64,000 nt of DNA, from positions 203,486,001-203,550,000 of the forward strand of contig NC_086097.1 of assembly GCF_963921235.1 (NCBI RefSeq), written 5' to 3'. The position numbers and the translations under genes are program-made. Of this stretch, positions 1 to 12,110 are shown piece after piece. Origin of the DNA: Mobula hypostoma. Its lineage: Eukaryota. The notes beneath the pieces were generated by a model. It was not told where the DNA came from. It worked only from the letters and a program-made list of their open reading frames with translations, and ran no database searches. Each line of letters starts with the position of its first letter. The stretch's first letter is position 1.

Positions 1-621
1 TGCAACCTCCAACACCACAACACTATCTGACAATAGATGTGTAATAGCCTAATGTAACCTTGTATGGAAATACAAGATAACACTGATGCAGACATGATTT
101 ATACATTTAACAAGGTGCTTTATTAACGTATTGCTTGTGCAAACATTCAATAGATGCAATTGTCACTTTTGGCAGTAACTCGTTTTATTGCACATGTTAA
201 ATACAGCAAAATAATACGCAAAGACATGACAAAAGTAAAGGCAAACAAAGGAGGTCACAGCAAATTTCACTTTTGCCCAGTAACAAGCCTTATTTCATTT
301 AGTTGTAGCTGTTGTCCCTTTCAGCGGTGAAGAGACTATGGCTGTAGGAAATGTTTCTGGACAAACGCGCACCAAGTCTTTCGTTTGGCAATGTCCTTTT
401 AAGTTTTTCTAGTCTGTAACTGGACAAACGCGCACCAGGTATACCGTTTCCTCTTGGCTTGTTTTCTGTGTGTTCTGCGCATGCCCAGTAGGAGGAGATT
501 CACCCAAATATCCGTTTGAATGTGGACAGAGGTATTTTCAAAAATGCCTGGTGTGGACACCTGTCGCTTTTACACAAAACCGGCGTTTTCAAAATTATCT
601 GGTCCAGTGTTGACACAGCTT
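1..621. mobile_element. Right end of a probable PIF/Harbinger-type non-autonomous DNA transposon (left end outside the window)
   Basis: Terminus ...AAAACCGGCGTTTTCAAAATTATCTGGTCCAGTGTTGACACAGC with repeated subterminal TGTGGAC motifs, resembling fish Harbinger ends. 18-bp direct repeat CTGGACAAACGCGCACCA at 357 and 420. Confidence 0.5.
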
Positions 622-802
622 GAGGAGAGATACTTCAGGAGCAGATGATGATGGAGTAGAATAAATACAGTTGGAGTTAGAAGAGGTGAGAATTGCTTTG
701 CCCTCTCCCCTTTATTGCGATGGAAGTAGCAGCACATGAAACTTAGGTTGCTGGCAGTCCTTAAAGTGCTTAAGATCTGAATGCATCAGCTGGAACCAAA
801 TA

Positions 803-1700
803 GGATCCATCTGTTAAACTCCTGAAGTTTGCAGATGACACAACTGTCATTGACTTATCCGAGACGGTGATGAGTCTGTATACAGACGGGTGGTGGAACG
901 GCTGGCCCTCTGGTGTGGTCAGAACAATTTGGAACTAAATACGCTCAATACTGTGGAGATGACAGTGGACTTCAGGAGGAGCCCCCCAGTACTCCCCCCA
1001 CTCACTATACTCAACAGTATTGTGTCTGCTGTGGAGACCTTCAGGTTTCTGGGTGTCACAATCTCCCAGGGCCTGAAGTGGACACCCAACGCGGACACTC
1101 TTATTAAAAAGGCTCAGCAGAGGTTGTATTTCCTACGTCAACTCAGGAAGTACAACCTGCCTCAGGAGCTGCTGATTCAATTCTATTCAGGAATAATCCA
1201 ATCTGTTCTCTGTTCATCCATCACTGTCTGGTTTGGATCAGCTACCAAACAAGACAAGAATAGACTCCAAAGAACCGTCAGGGTTGCGAAAAGGATTATT
1301 GGTGTGAAGCTGCCCTCGATCTAGGACTTATATGCATCTAGAGTCAGGAAGCGAGCAAGCAGCATCATTGTAGACCCATCACTCCCTGGACATCACCTGT
1401 TCCAACTCCTTCATTCTGGTAGGCGCTTTAGATCACTGTATGCCAGGACAAATAGGGTTAAGAACAGTTTCTTTCCGTATGCCATCAGTCTTATGAACAC
1501 TTGAATTTTAGTCTATTATAAACCAAGTCCACCTGTACATACACAGGTATACCTCATTGTATATAGTTCACGATTACTTGCACTATTGTTTTTTTTGCTT
1601 TTTGATTCTGTACAGCGAGAGCTCAGGGAAACTGGCATCAAATTCCCTGTATGTGTCCACATACTTGGCAATGATAAAGGATTCTGATTCTGATTCTGAT
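803..1700 (+). mobile_element. Rex1/Babar LINE 3' fragment (RT C-terminus and tail)
   Basis: KFADDTTV motif at ~823; ORF 890-1324 (WCGQNNLELN, FRFLGVTI, AQQRLYFLRQL); ends ATAAAGG(ATTCTG)3. Confidence 0.9.
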
Positions 1701-1840
1701 GGTTAATGAATCCACCAAATATCTTCTGGTGTGGTATACTGAGCTGCTGAGAGTTACTGGGAATCTATTGAAAAGTAAATCTAGGTTAAAAATGTCAAAA
1801 AGCATTGTTGGAGAAATTGATGATGAGGATAACTGCATAC

Positions 1841-2197
1841 TTAATCTTCCTCCAGTTTTCCCAGGAGCATCATCTGCTCCTTCCTCCCCAAATATTCTTC
1901 TTTTTGCACTTATGCACTCAGAAATTTAAGTCTTCCCAATCACGAAGAAGTTCCAATAGGAGATGAAGATACGCAGCAATTTGGTATTCCATACTCAGCC
2001 ACCAGCTCAGAAACTTATAAACGCCTGTGTGTAAGAGACTGTGACAGGGATACATTCTGGATTGGTGAGGCACTGGATGCATATGCAGGAAGTACAATGG
2101 GAAAAGAGGACATTGCAACCGCTGGTTGCAAGGATGATGCACTCATGCACTGTTCTACCTCAGAGGAGAGAGATGAGGGCTTTGATAGGCCAGGCCT
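1841..2197 (-). pseudogene. Candidate pseudo-exon (357 bp)
   Basis: Strong acceptor ctttttgtcttcttcag and donor gtatgc. Frame ambiguous (…YKFLSWWLSMEYQIAAYLHLLLELLRDWEDLNF* or …QKEEYLGRKEQMMLLGKLEED*). Confidence 0.5.
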
Positions 2198-3134
2198 CTG
2201 AAGAAGACAAAAAGGTGCACAAAATAAAGTGCTTGATGCACTACTAAAAAAAAACCTGAACTTGTTGGCTAACCTTTATTACCTGCCTGACCGAAATTAC
2301 TGATTGATTTTTATCTGTTGGCTAAACATTGACTACTGGTTAAGCTGCTAATTAGTAATAGTTGGATAATTTACTAACGGTTGCGTTTTATTGAGCTGAG
2401 GTGGAAGGAGTCACACATTTTGGAAATGGGAATTGAATGCAGCATGGGAGATGAAGATGGATAGGGCATGAACTGGATACAAGAGCAGAGTATGCAACTT
2501 ATTTCAAAAATACAATCGTAATTTAATGTCAATAACTGGGCCCTGGAAACTAAGGAGGGGGACCAAATTACTCATTTCTGTTTATAACAAACAATTCTAT
2601 CTTCAACTCAGGTATAGATTTGTTCATTCCTTCTTTCACTCTCTCATTTTTCTATGATTATCCATGAATACTAGCCCGCAGGCCCCACCACTTCCGTTGG
2701 CCACTATTATTCTTTACCGCATGACACCAACATAAATTGCACACAGCTTCTCTTCTGAACACTTGCACATTGCACTATTCTTGTGACAAGGTGCCTAGAA
2801 AATAATGTTTCTGATTGGCATTTGCATCTGGAATCAGAGTTCAGACAACAAAATCTCTCAGCCTGCTTTTTAGGTGAAAAAATTAGTAAATATTGGCTGT
2901 CGAAGTTCTATTGGCAGAGGGATCCCATGACACACAATGTGAGGATCATGTTGCAGAGCTCCAGGGCTGAGGTTTTGGAGATAATACTAGGAATGGTGAA
3001 ACAAGGGCCTCAGTTGTGTTTCAAACGTTGTACCATCGTTTCCCTTTTTAATCAATCATTGTAAAGTTCTCTATCATCTGGGAATCATGGCAACATTCAT
3101 TGGGACTGCCCTTTCAGAGATTAATTATTCTTAA

Positions 3135-4390
3135 CCACCTGCGAGGTATGGGATGATTGTAGGGCAGCTGATGTTTGTGCCTTTCTTTAAGAAGGGTTGC
3201 AGGGACAAGCCTTGTAAAGCCTTGTATGGTGGTGACTACGTTACAAGAGAGAGGACGTACCCACATTTGGAAAGACAGGACTGATTAAGAATAGTCAGCA
3301 GTCTTTATGCATGGGCAATCATCTTCCACAAATTCAGTTGAGTGTTTTGAAGAGGTGACTTAGAGAGCCTGGTGGTAGATGTTTCCTACACGGACTTTAG
3401 TAAAGCTTTTGACATGATTCAGCATGGTAGAATAGTTTGGAAAATTGGATCACATGGGGTGCAACATAAGCTAGCCAATTAGCTCAAAGCTAGCTTGACA
3501 AAAGGAGCCAGAAGTTGATAGAAAAGAGATTCTTTTCAGATTGGATGACTATGACCAGTGGTGTATCACAGGGATTGGTGCTGGGTCCTGTGTTATTTCT
3601 CATTTACATTACTGACTTGGATAACAATGTAGAAGGCATAATTTGTAACTTTTTGGTTGACTCCAAGATTGGTAATATGGAGAACAGAGGAGAAGATTGT
3701 CTAAGTTTATAGCAGGATTTAGATCAACAGGGAAAGTGGGCAAAAGGATTTCAGATAGAATTTAACTTAGACAAGTGAAAAAAGTGATGCAATTTGGAAA
3801 GTTAAACTAAGACAGGGAATACACAATGTTTGGCAGGCCCAGGGAATGCTGTAGAACAGAGATACCTAGAGGTACAAGTACATAGTTTCCTGAAAGGGGC
3901 AACACAGGTAGACAAGGTGGTGAAGAAGGTGTATGGCACACTTGCCTTCATTGAACAGGTCATTGAGTACAAGAGTCTGGGATATGATGTTACAACTATC
4001 AAAAATGTTGGTGAGACTACACCCGAAATATTGTACGCGGTTCTGCTCGGCCTACAATGTCATAGGAAGGATTCAGTTAAGATGACTCTGAAGGCTTTCA
4101 CATGAATGTTGTTGAGACTGGAGAGCTTGAGTTATAAGAAGAAACTAGACTGGCTGGGATTGCTTTCCCTGGAGTGAAGAAAATTGAGGGGTGAGCTTAC
4201 AGAGACTTATAAGATCATGAAAGCTATAGGTAAAGTGGATGATCAGTCTTTTCCCAGGGCAAAGGAGTATGGAACTAAAGGGTACAGATTTATGACATGA
4301 GAGGAGAAAGATTTAAAGGACAGCTGAGGTTCAAGTTTTTCACACAGAGGATTCTGGGTATATGGAACGAGCTGTCAGGTAAGGTAATTG
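3135..4390 (+). mobile_element. Degraded CR1 LINE ORF2 (RT) fragment
   Basis: Remnants of SGVSQGLVLGPVLFLIYITDL, DFSKAFD and QVDKVVKKVYGTLAFI, with many stops. Confidence 0.9.
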
Positions 4391-4449
4391 ACAGAAGTCT
4401 GAGAAGATAAAAGAGACACCATCTACTTTGGAGAATGGAAGTCATGGTA

Positions 4450-4800
4450 AAGGATGAAAGGAGATATATTAAATGCATTTTGTGAAAAGTCTTCGAATTG
4501 GAGCAGAGGTGAGATAGATGTAGAAATTGGGAGATTGGAATTGACTATATTTACGTTGCAAAGACATGTGCTCAAGATGGCTATGGGAATCAGTGTGTTC
4601 ATAATGGCTATTGACCATCAACCTATGCCCTGAAATGAAAGTAGAGATATTGCGAGTGGGAAAGAAAGAGTTGGATATGGACCATGAGAAAGTGAGAACC
4701 AGAATAAAAATTAGCAGCAGAGGGATCAGTGCAGGAAACAGCAACAATCAATGCATCGGCGAAAGAATTATGGAAGGGGATTTGAGTTGGATTGTACCAA
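4450..4800 (-). mobile_element. Old Penelope-like RT C-terminal remnant
   Basis: ORF 4469-4747 contains FSWSIS…ISGHRL…HTDSHSHL, resembling the PLE motif FTWSIS…YYKPTDSHSYL. Confidence 0.65.
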
Positions 4801-4939
4801 AGATTATTCTACCTATCTAAAGGAAGAGACAAACATGACTTGTCTGCACATGTGCACCTAACTGAAAAATATTGGCAATATGCAAGCAAGAATCAGGACA
4901 AGGGTGATTCCTAATGTAATTGGAATTGGTCACTTAGTC

Positions 4940-5211
4940 CAGTGGTGCCCAACCTCTGGGCTGCAGACCAATACCGGACCGTGAAGAATGCAGTGGTGCA
5001 GCGGTAGCCGGAACGCACCCAGCACATCTTTAAGAAAAAAGCTGAAGTAAACAAGCTAATTGATTAGGTGCCGCCCGGCACGTAATTAATTAGCTTGTTT
5101 ATTTCAGCTTTTTAAAAAAAAAAATGTGCCGGGTGCATTCCGACTACCGCTGCACCACTGCATTCTTCGTGGCAATGTATCGGTCTGCGGCCCAGAGGTT
5201 GGGGACCACTG
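4940..5211. mobile_element. hAT (Charlie-type) fold-back MITE, 272 bp
   Basis: TIR CAGTGGTGCCCAACCTCTGGGC…GCCCAGAGGTTGGGGACCACTG; almost the whole element is one inverted repeat; perfect 8-bp TSD ACTTAGTC (4932-4939, 5212-5219). Confidence 0.95.
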
Positions 5212-6461
5212 ACTTAGTCCAAAGTATTATAGTTATGGCACTTGATTGGCTGGTGAGGAAAGGTGATCTGTGTGGCTGCATGACTGGAGAGACATGTAAG
5301 GTTACCTTCCATGACTGGTTTTATAATGGTGGTGCACTGATTTTATTTAAAAAATAATCCACTAACAAAATCAGAAACTTTGAGTGCCATAATGACTAGT
5401 AGTAAGGAAGATCACATCAAGTATAGTTTTACTTATCAATAGAGAGTACAAGAGCTTGCAGTGCAGGGATGCCAAATCATTAGTCTTGAACTCTTTCAAC
5501 GATGACAAGTTTGAAATTCTTAAGAAAGAACCCAGAGTCCCTGACCCGAGCCAATCTTACGACCATAACTTTACTAGAGGCTTGCTGGAACTGCTGCAGA
5601 TTTTTTATAGTCTGAGTATACAGCATGCACATCCTGTCCACAAAAATTACTTCCTGTGACTTTTTGTATGTCAATATTTACAATGAAGACTTCCTTTATA
5701 AACATGTGAAATGGGACTTTTCATGTAAACATTTTATATTGAGAAAACATTTCACTGATAATTCAACTAAGTCATTCAAAATGCTTGTAAAATGTCATCT
5801 GTCATTTTGCTCACAATAACAAAAAGGATCTGATGTTCAATATATAGTTTTAAATAACATTTTAGATGACAGATTTCACAATGTTTTCTGGCAAGAGTAA
5901 AAAACTGAAGAGCTGAAAGTAACTTTAGAAATAACTGCAGAAATTTGAACGTACTCCACCCACTGTGGAGGGGTCAGATTCTACAATCCCAAAGTTCGAT
6001 AAAGTGTTAAGTCATACCAGTTCTAAATCAATGGCCTGATCTGACCTATTCCATTCTCAGCATTGGGCTATGATAAATTGGAGTCAGAACATCTGCCAGT
6101 CTCTGGGATATGTAAAAGGTTTCATACTGAGAACCACCGTAAAATGATTTCTCCATCAGTCAGAAATGAACGATTTCAATGAGGGGTGATTAAAATGAAT
6201 ATTTATTTATTGTCTTTTCCTGTGCAGTTACAATGATTCAGAATCAGAATATCCCACGTCCATGGCTAGCTTTGATGGCCTTAAAGTATCAATGGATGTT
6301 ATATTGTTTGATAAGTTATTTTACAAGTGTCAATAGAAGAGACTGTCTTGTCATATTCCAAAGTGAGTCTCTTAAGTGGTCTGTCACTGTAAACTAACAG
6401 TCTATGTTTTTAACAGACAATGACATTGCTAAGAATACTGCAGTCATATTTCATGTCAACA

Positions 6462-7839
6462 ACACACATCAAAGTTGCTGGTGAACCCAAAGGATGGGCA
6501 AGGGGTATAGTCAGAGGGACAGAGGGAGAAAAAGGAGAGAGAGAGAGAGAAAGAACATGTGTATGTAAATAAGGATGAGGCTTTTCATTCCAGGACGAGG
6601 GAGATGTCCTTTTTTAATGAAAGGTCTACCCTTCCTCCACCATCAACTCTGCTCTCAAACGCATCTCCCCCATTTCACGCACATCTGCTCTCACTCCATC
6701 CTCCCGCCACCCCACTAGGAATAGGGTTCCTCTGGTCCTCACCTACCACCCCACCAGCCTCCGGGTCCAACATATTATTCTACGTAACTTCTGCCACCTC
6801 CAACAGGATCCCACAACTAAGCACATCTTTCCCTCCACCCCCCCGCTTTCCGCAGGGATCGCTCCCTACGCGACTCCCTTGTCCATTCGCGCCCCCCCAT
6901 CCCTCCCCACTGATCTCCCTCCTAACACTTATCCTTGTAAGCGGAACAAGTGCTACACATGCCCTTACACTTCCTCCCTTACCACCATTCAGGGCCCCAG
7001 ACAGTCCTTCCAGGTGAGGCGACACTTTACCTGTGAGTTGGCTGGGGTGATATACTGCGTCCGGTGCTCCCAATGTGGCCTTCTATATATTGGTGAGACC
7101 CGACGCAGACTGGGAGACTGCTTTGCTGAACACCTATGCTCTGTCCGCCAGAGAAAGCAGGATCTCGCAGTGGCCACACATTTTAATTCCACATTCCATT
7201 CCCATTAATACATGTCCATCCACGGCCTCCTCTACTGTAAAGATGAAGCCACACGCAGGTTGGAGGAACAACACCTTATATTCCGTCTGGGTAGCCTCCA
7301 ACCTGATGGCATGAACATTGACTTCTCCAACTTCCACTAATGCCTCACCTCCCCCTCATACCCCATCCGTTATTTATTTATATACACACATTCTTTCTCT
7401 CTCTCTCTCTCTCCTTTTTCTCCCTCTGTCCCTCTGACTATACCCCTTGCCCATCCTCTGGGTTTCCCCCCCGCTTGTCTTTCTCCCCGGACCTCCTGTC
7501 CCATGATCCTCTCATATCCCCTTTGCCAATCACCTGTCCAGCTCTTGGCTCCATCCCTCCCCCTCCTGTCTACTCCTATCATTTTGGATCTCCCCCTCCC
7601 CCTCCCACTTTCAAATCTCTTACTAACTCTTCCTTCAGTTAGTCCTGACGAAGGGTCTCGGCCTGAAACGTCGACTGTACCTCTTCCTAGAGATGCTGCC
7701 TGGCCTGCTGCGTTCACCAGCAACTTTGATGTGTGTTGCTTGAATTTCCAGCATCTGCAGAATTCCTGTTGTTTGCGTTTTAAAATTCACTACTGCGAAG
7801 CCTCTTCCGGTGATGCCTACACTGAAGAAGTTTAGATCC
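6462..7839 (+). mobile_element. Penelope-like retroelement, 5'-truncated, with GIY-YIG endonuclease and an inverted terminal piece
   Basis: ORF 6879-7208: PCKRNKCYTC…FTCELAGVIYCVRCSQCGLLYIGETRRRLGDCFAEH. 6462-6572 is an inverted copy of parts of the 3' repeat. 13-bp TSD TTTCATGTCAACA (6449-6461, 7840-7852). Confidence 0.93.
7641..7676 (+). ncRNA. Minimal type-I hammerhead ribozyme motif in the PLE terminal repeat
   Basis: AGTC-CTGACGA-A-GGGT CTCG GCCT-GAAA-C-GTC-GACT: core boxes CUGANGA and GAAA, stem I AGTC/GACT, palindromic ACGT stem III, predicted cleavage after GUC at 7672. Confidence 0.8.
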
Positions 7840-8866
7840 TTTCATGTCAACAGGCTTTTTTTTTGAAAACAGGTTGTCTTTTGAAAAAACAAGCTCTTAA
7901 CCTATTCAAAAACTTCCAAAGATGCTGGTCTACCTTGAAAAATTCCTTAAAAATTCTGGGAGAATTTGTATTAAGTTGGAATTCTCTGTCAGGTCTTTTG
8001 TAACTCAGAGAGCCTAATGTAACTAGTGAGTAAGTTAGGTTGAAGTTTGCCCTTTCTGCACCTCCAAGCAGCCCTGGGTACCTGCTTTTCTGCAGGTGAG
8101 AAATGGTCTGACACAAAGGAGTTTGGTACTTTGAGATACAGAAGAGAAAACTCAGGAAGTTAATTTCAATCTGTCAAGTTGACTCCTGATGCTTGGTACT
8201 ATTCCAATTAGCTTTATGTCATTATTGGCAATTTACCTGTATAAATGGAAATAATGGAAATCCATATCTTTTCTGTAAATTCACCTGGTGGGGGAAATTA
8301 GCCAGTTTAAATGTTTTGCATCAAGCCTTGTCTCATTAAATGTTAGCTTACATATCAGACAAAAATTCAGGGCTTCCAATTCAGTTCACAGGGGGACATT
8401 ACTAGTGATCCAGAAAACAAATAGATGATGTTGGGCAATCTGAGTCAAATTTTGCTTTGACTCCCATGTGCTAAATTTGATAAAGTTGAATCTACAAAGA
8501 AATTAAAGAAGCAAATCAGAGCAGATACCTCTTCTAGGTCCACTGCCAATTCTGCACTAGCCTCCTACAAGGTTCAAGGTGTATAGAAAATGCAAGAGAA
8601 CACTTTGGAGGAATATCAGAAGGGCTAAAAGAAAGCATGAGGTTGCTCTAGCAGACAAGGTGAAGGAGGATCCCAAAGGGTTCTGCAGATATATTAAGAG
8701 TAAAAGGATAGTAAGGGACAAAATTCGTCATCTATGTATGAAGCCAAAACAGATGGGGAAGATCTTAAATGGAATTTTTTTTGGATCTGTACTTGGGAGA
8801 TGGATAGAGTCTTCTGGAGAACTGAGGCAAAACAGCGGGTACCTTACAACAGCATGGACCTTACAT

Positions 8867-10251
8867 TGTCATGGTCCGGTCTGTGAAGTCCGCGTTCCGA
8901 TTCACGGTCCAGTCCATGGATTCTGGACTCTGGGTCTTTCGGCTGTCCCTTGTTTCAGTTGGGCTTAATCATAGGCACCTGATACTCGTCTTGGGGCTGG
9001 GAATATAAGTGGCCCTGGGATCGCTTGTGGGTGCTGGTTCATCTTGTCAGTATCCCATCCTTGCCTTTGTGGGGTAAATCAGGCCGTCTTTGCTGTTACC
9101 TTTTGGTTGGATCTGTCCCTTCCTGTCCTTGCCTCCATTGGGTAAGCCAGGCCGTCTTTGCTGTTACCCTGAGGCTGGACTGTTCCCTTCCCTTCCCCTT
9201 CTTTCTGAAGCCTTGCCCTGCAACCTTTTCAAGTTCTACCACCGGAGCTAGACTGGAGCTTTGCTGTGTCAAGATAAGGAACTGTTTATCATTGAGTTGG
9301 AACTGTCTCTGCGTCCACGCCTTCGCTAGGTAGATCCAGCTGTTTGCCGCTACCTAGTGTTGGGAACCGTCTCGTCGTGTTCAGCGTTCTGTGTAGAGCC
9401 CCAGGCCGAAGTCCTGTTCCCAAGGAGGGGTTCTGTCTCCGTGTTCCGTGTACGAGCCCTGGCCCTGAGTCCTGGCCCTAAGTCCTGTACCCAAGGAGGG
9501 GTCCTGGCTCTGTGTTCCATGTCCCTGTGTTCCTGTGTCTCAAGTCCAAGGCTCCATGTTCCCATTCTCTAGGCCAAGGCTCTGTGTTCCTGTCCCCCCC
9601 AAGACCAAGGCTCTGCGTTCTGCGTTCCTGTCATCCCAAGTCCAAGGTTCCGAGGTTCCTGTTGTCCCAAGTCCAAGGCTCGGCTGTTCCGGAGTACCAA
9701 GTCAAGGCTTTGTGTTCTCGTCCTGTCCATGTGCTTCGTCCTGTGCTGGAGTTCCCTCGTCCTGTCCAGGAGTCTCTCATGCTGTCCTGTAGCTTCGCCT
9801 AGTCCTATCTCCCTAGACCACGTCATGTCTTTGCCTAGTTCCGGAGTCCAAGCCATAATCATGACCCAGGTTCTGGGTCCTTGTCCAGTCTCTGGCTCGG
9901 AGTCCGAACCTAAGCCTCGTCATGTCCTCGCCTCAAAGAACCCAAGCCTCAAAATGTCCTCACCTCGAAGAACCCAAGCCACGTCCAGTCCTGTAGCCAT
10001 GTCATGTCCTCGCTCAGTTCCGGGGTCCGAGCCCGAGTCAAGACTCAGGTTCTGGGTCCTTGTCCAGTCTCCAGCTCGGACTCCAAGCCCTGGCTCCTAG
10101 TTCCCAGTTCCTTGTCCTGGTCCCACTTGCCTAGCCAATGTCCTAGCCCAAGTCTGTGTTCTTGTCCCAGCTCTCTTGTCAAGTCCTGTTCCTAGTACTT
10201 CAGTGTCTGTGTCTTGCATTTGGGTCCGCTCCCAGCACCCCCCACATGGCA
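8867..10251 (+). mobile_element. Solo LTR, probably Gypsy-type (1385 bp, internally repeat-expanded)
   Basis: TGTCATG…CATGGCA termini; 5-bp TSD TACAT/TATAT (one mismatch); CACCTG and TATAAG near 8975-9009; the CR1 sequence joins across it. Confidence 0.75.
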
Positions 10252-11552
10252 TATATGGATTACAGGTGATTGCTGTCCTGAGGCAAATCTGGGTGGATAA
10301 ATCGCCAGGGCCTGCCAAGGTATTCGTTATGGGAGCCAAGGACCGCATAAACCTTATGCCAAGGACCTTATGGGAGGTTAGTGCAGAAATTGCAGGGGCC
10401 CTAGCAGAGGCATTTAAAACATCTTTAGATACCGGTGAGGTGTGGGAGAATTAGTGGATAGCTCCATTGTTTAAGGAGGGATTCTGTTTAAGAAAGACTC
10501 TAAGAATAAGATGGAAAATTATAGGCCAGTGAGCCTGACATGAGTAGTGGGAAAGTTATTGGAAGGTATTCTAAGGGACCAGATATAAATGTATTTAGAT
10601 AGGCAAGGACTGATCAGAGATATTCAACATGGTTTTGTGCGTGGTGGCTTGTGTCTAACCAATCTTATGGATTTTTCAAGGAGGTTACCAGGAAAGTTAA
10701 TGAAGGAAAAGCAGTTGATGTTGTCTAGATTGAATTTACATGGGAGGCTAGTCAAGAAGGTTCAGTTGCTTGGTATTCAGGATATGTAGTAAATTGATTT
10801 TAACACTGGTTTTGCTGGAGAAGCCGGAGAGTGGTAATAGATAATTGCCTCTCTGACCAGAAGCCTGTGACCAATGGTGTTCCTCAGAGATCAGTGCTGG
10901 GTCTGTTGTTGTTTGTCATCTATATCAACGATCTGGATGATTATGCAATAAAGTGGATCAGCAAATTTGCGATGACACAAAGATTGGGGCGTAGTAGACA
11001 GTGGGGAAGCTTGCAGCGGGATCTGGACCAGCTGGAAAAATGGGCTGAAAAATAGCAAATGGAATTTAATGTAGACAAGTGTGAGGTGTTGCACTTTGGG
11101 AGGACAAACCAGGATGGGACCTACACAGTGAAAAATAGGGCACCAAGAAACACAGTAGATCACAGGGATCTGGGAATAAAGATCCATAATTCCTTGAAAA
11201 TGGCATCAAAGGTAGATGGGTTCATAAAGAGAGGTTTTGGCATATTGGCCTTTATAGGTCGAAGTACTGAGTGCAGGAGTAAGAATGTTATGTTGAAATT
11301 GGTAACACGTTGGTGAGGCCTGATTTGGAGTATTGTGTACAGTTTTGGTCACCTCCTTGCAGGAAAAAATATGAATAAGATTGAAAGAGTGCAGAAAAAA
11401 CTTTCCAAGGATGTTGCCAGGACTTGAGGACCTGAGTTATAGGGGAAGGTTAAGTATGTTAGGACTTTATTCCCTGGTGTATTGGAGAATGAGGGGAGAT
11501 TTGCTAGAGGTATACAGAATTATGAGGTGTACAGACAAGTTAAATACAAGCA

Positions 11553-12110
11553 ACACACACAAAATGCTGGAGGAACTCAGCAAGCCAGGCAGCATCTATG
11601 GAAAAAATGTACAGTCAACGTTTTGGCTAAGATCCTTCGGGAGGACAGGGGAAAGAAAGCTGAGGGGTAGATTTAAAAGGTGGGGGAAGGGGAGTGAGAA
11701 ACACAAGGTGACAGGTGAAAGCTGAAGGGGGAGGGATGAAGTAAATTGATGGTAAATTGATTGGGGAAAGAGATACAGGGCTGGACAAGGGGGAGTTTGA
11801 TAGAAGAGGACAGAAGCCCATGGAAGAAAGAAAAGGGGGGAGGAATACCAGAGGAAGGCAAAGGGTGGGCAAGGAGATACGGTGAGAGGGGAAAGGGGAT
11901 GGTGAATGGTGAAGGAGAGCTGAGGAGTAGATATAAAAGGTGGGGGGAGGGGAGTGAGAAACACAGAGTGATAGGTGAAACCTGACAGGGGATGGATGAA
12001 AGCTGAGGAGTAGATTTAAAGGCGGTGGGGTGGTGGGTGGGGTGGGGAGGGGAGAGAGAAACAAGCTGAGAGTAGATTTCCAGCATCTGCCGATTTTCAC
12101 TTGTTTGTGG
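11553..12110 (-). mobile_element. Non-coding PLE terminal-repeat insertion (partial inversion)
   Basis: ACACACACAAAATGCTGGAGGAACTCAGC…GATTTCCAGCATCTGC; TSD AAG(T/G)TAAATACAAGCA (11537-11552, 12111-12126); degraded hammerhead at ~11612-11647. Confidence 0.85.

Larger units (their letters stand above)
6325..8089 (-). pseudogene. Candidate pseudo-exon split by a Penelope insertion
   Basis: Acceptor catttctcacctgcag at 8090. Reads KSRYPGLLGGAERANFNLTYSL…RIFKEFFKVDQHLWKFLNRL; after a poly-A slip and removal of the PLE it continues PVDMKYDCSILSNVIVC*KHRLLVYSDRPLKRLTLEYDKTV. Donor position uncertain. Confidence 0.55.

Noticed and set aside
6229..6290. Plus-strand acceptor (ttttcctgtgcag) followed by YNDSESEYPTSMASFDGLK
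   Set aside because: No good donor and no other plus-strand exons; all coherent exon chains are on the minus strand.
9400..10200. Repeat-spacer-like pattern and many overlapping ORFs
   Set aside because: Degenerate, irregular repeats inside an LTR; not a CRISPR array. The ORFs are low-complexity artefacts.
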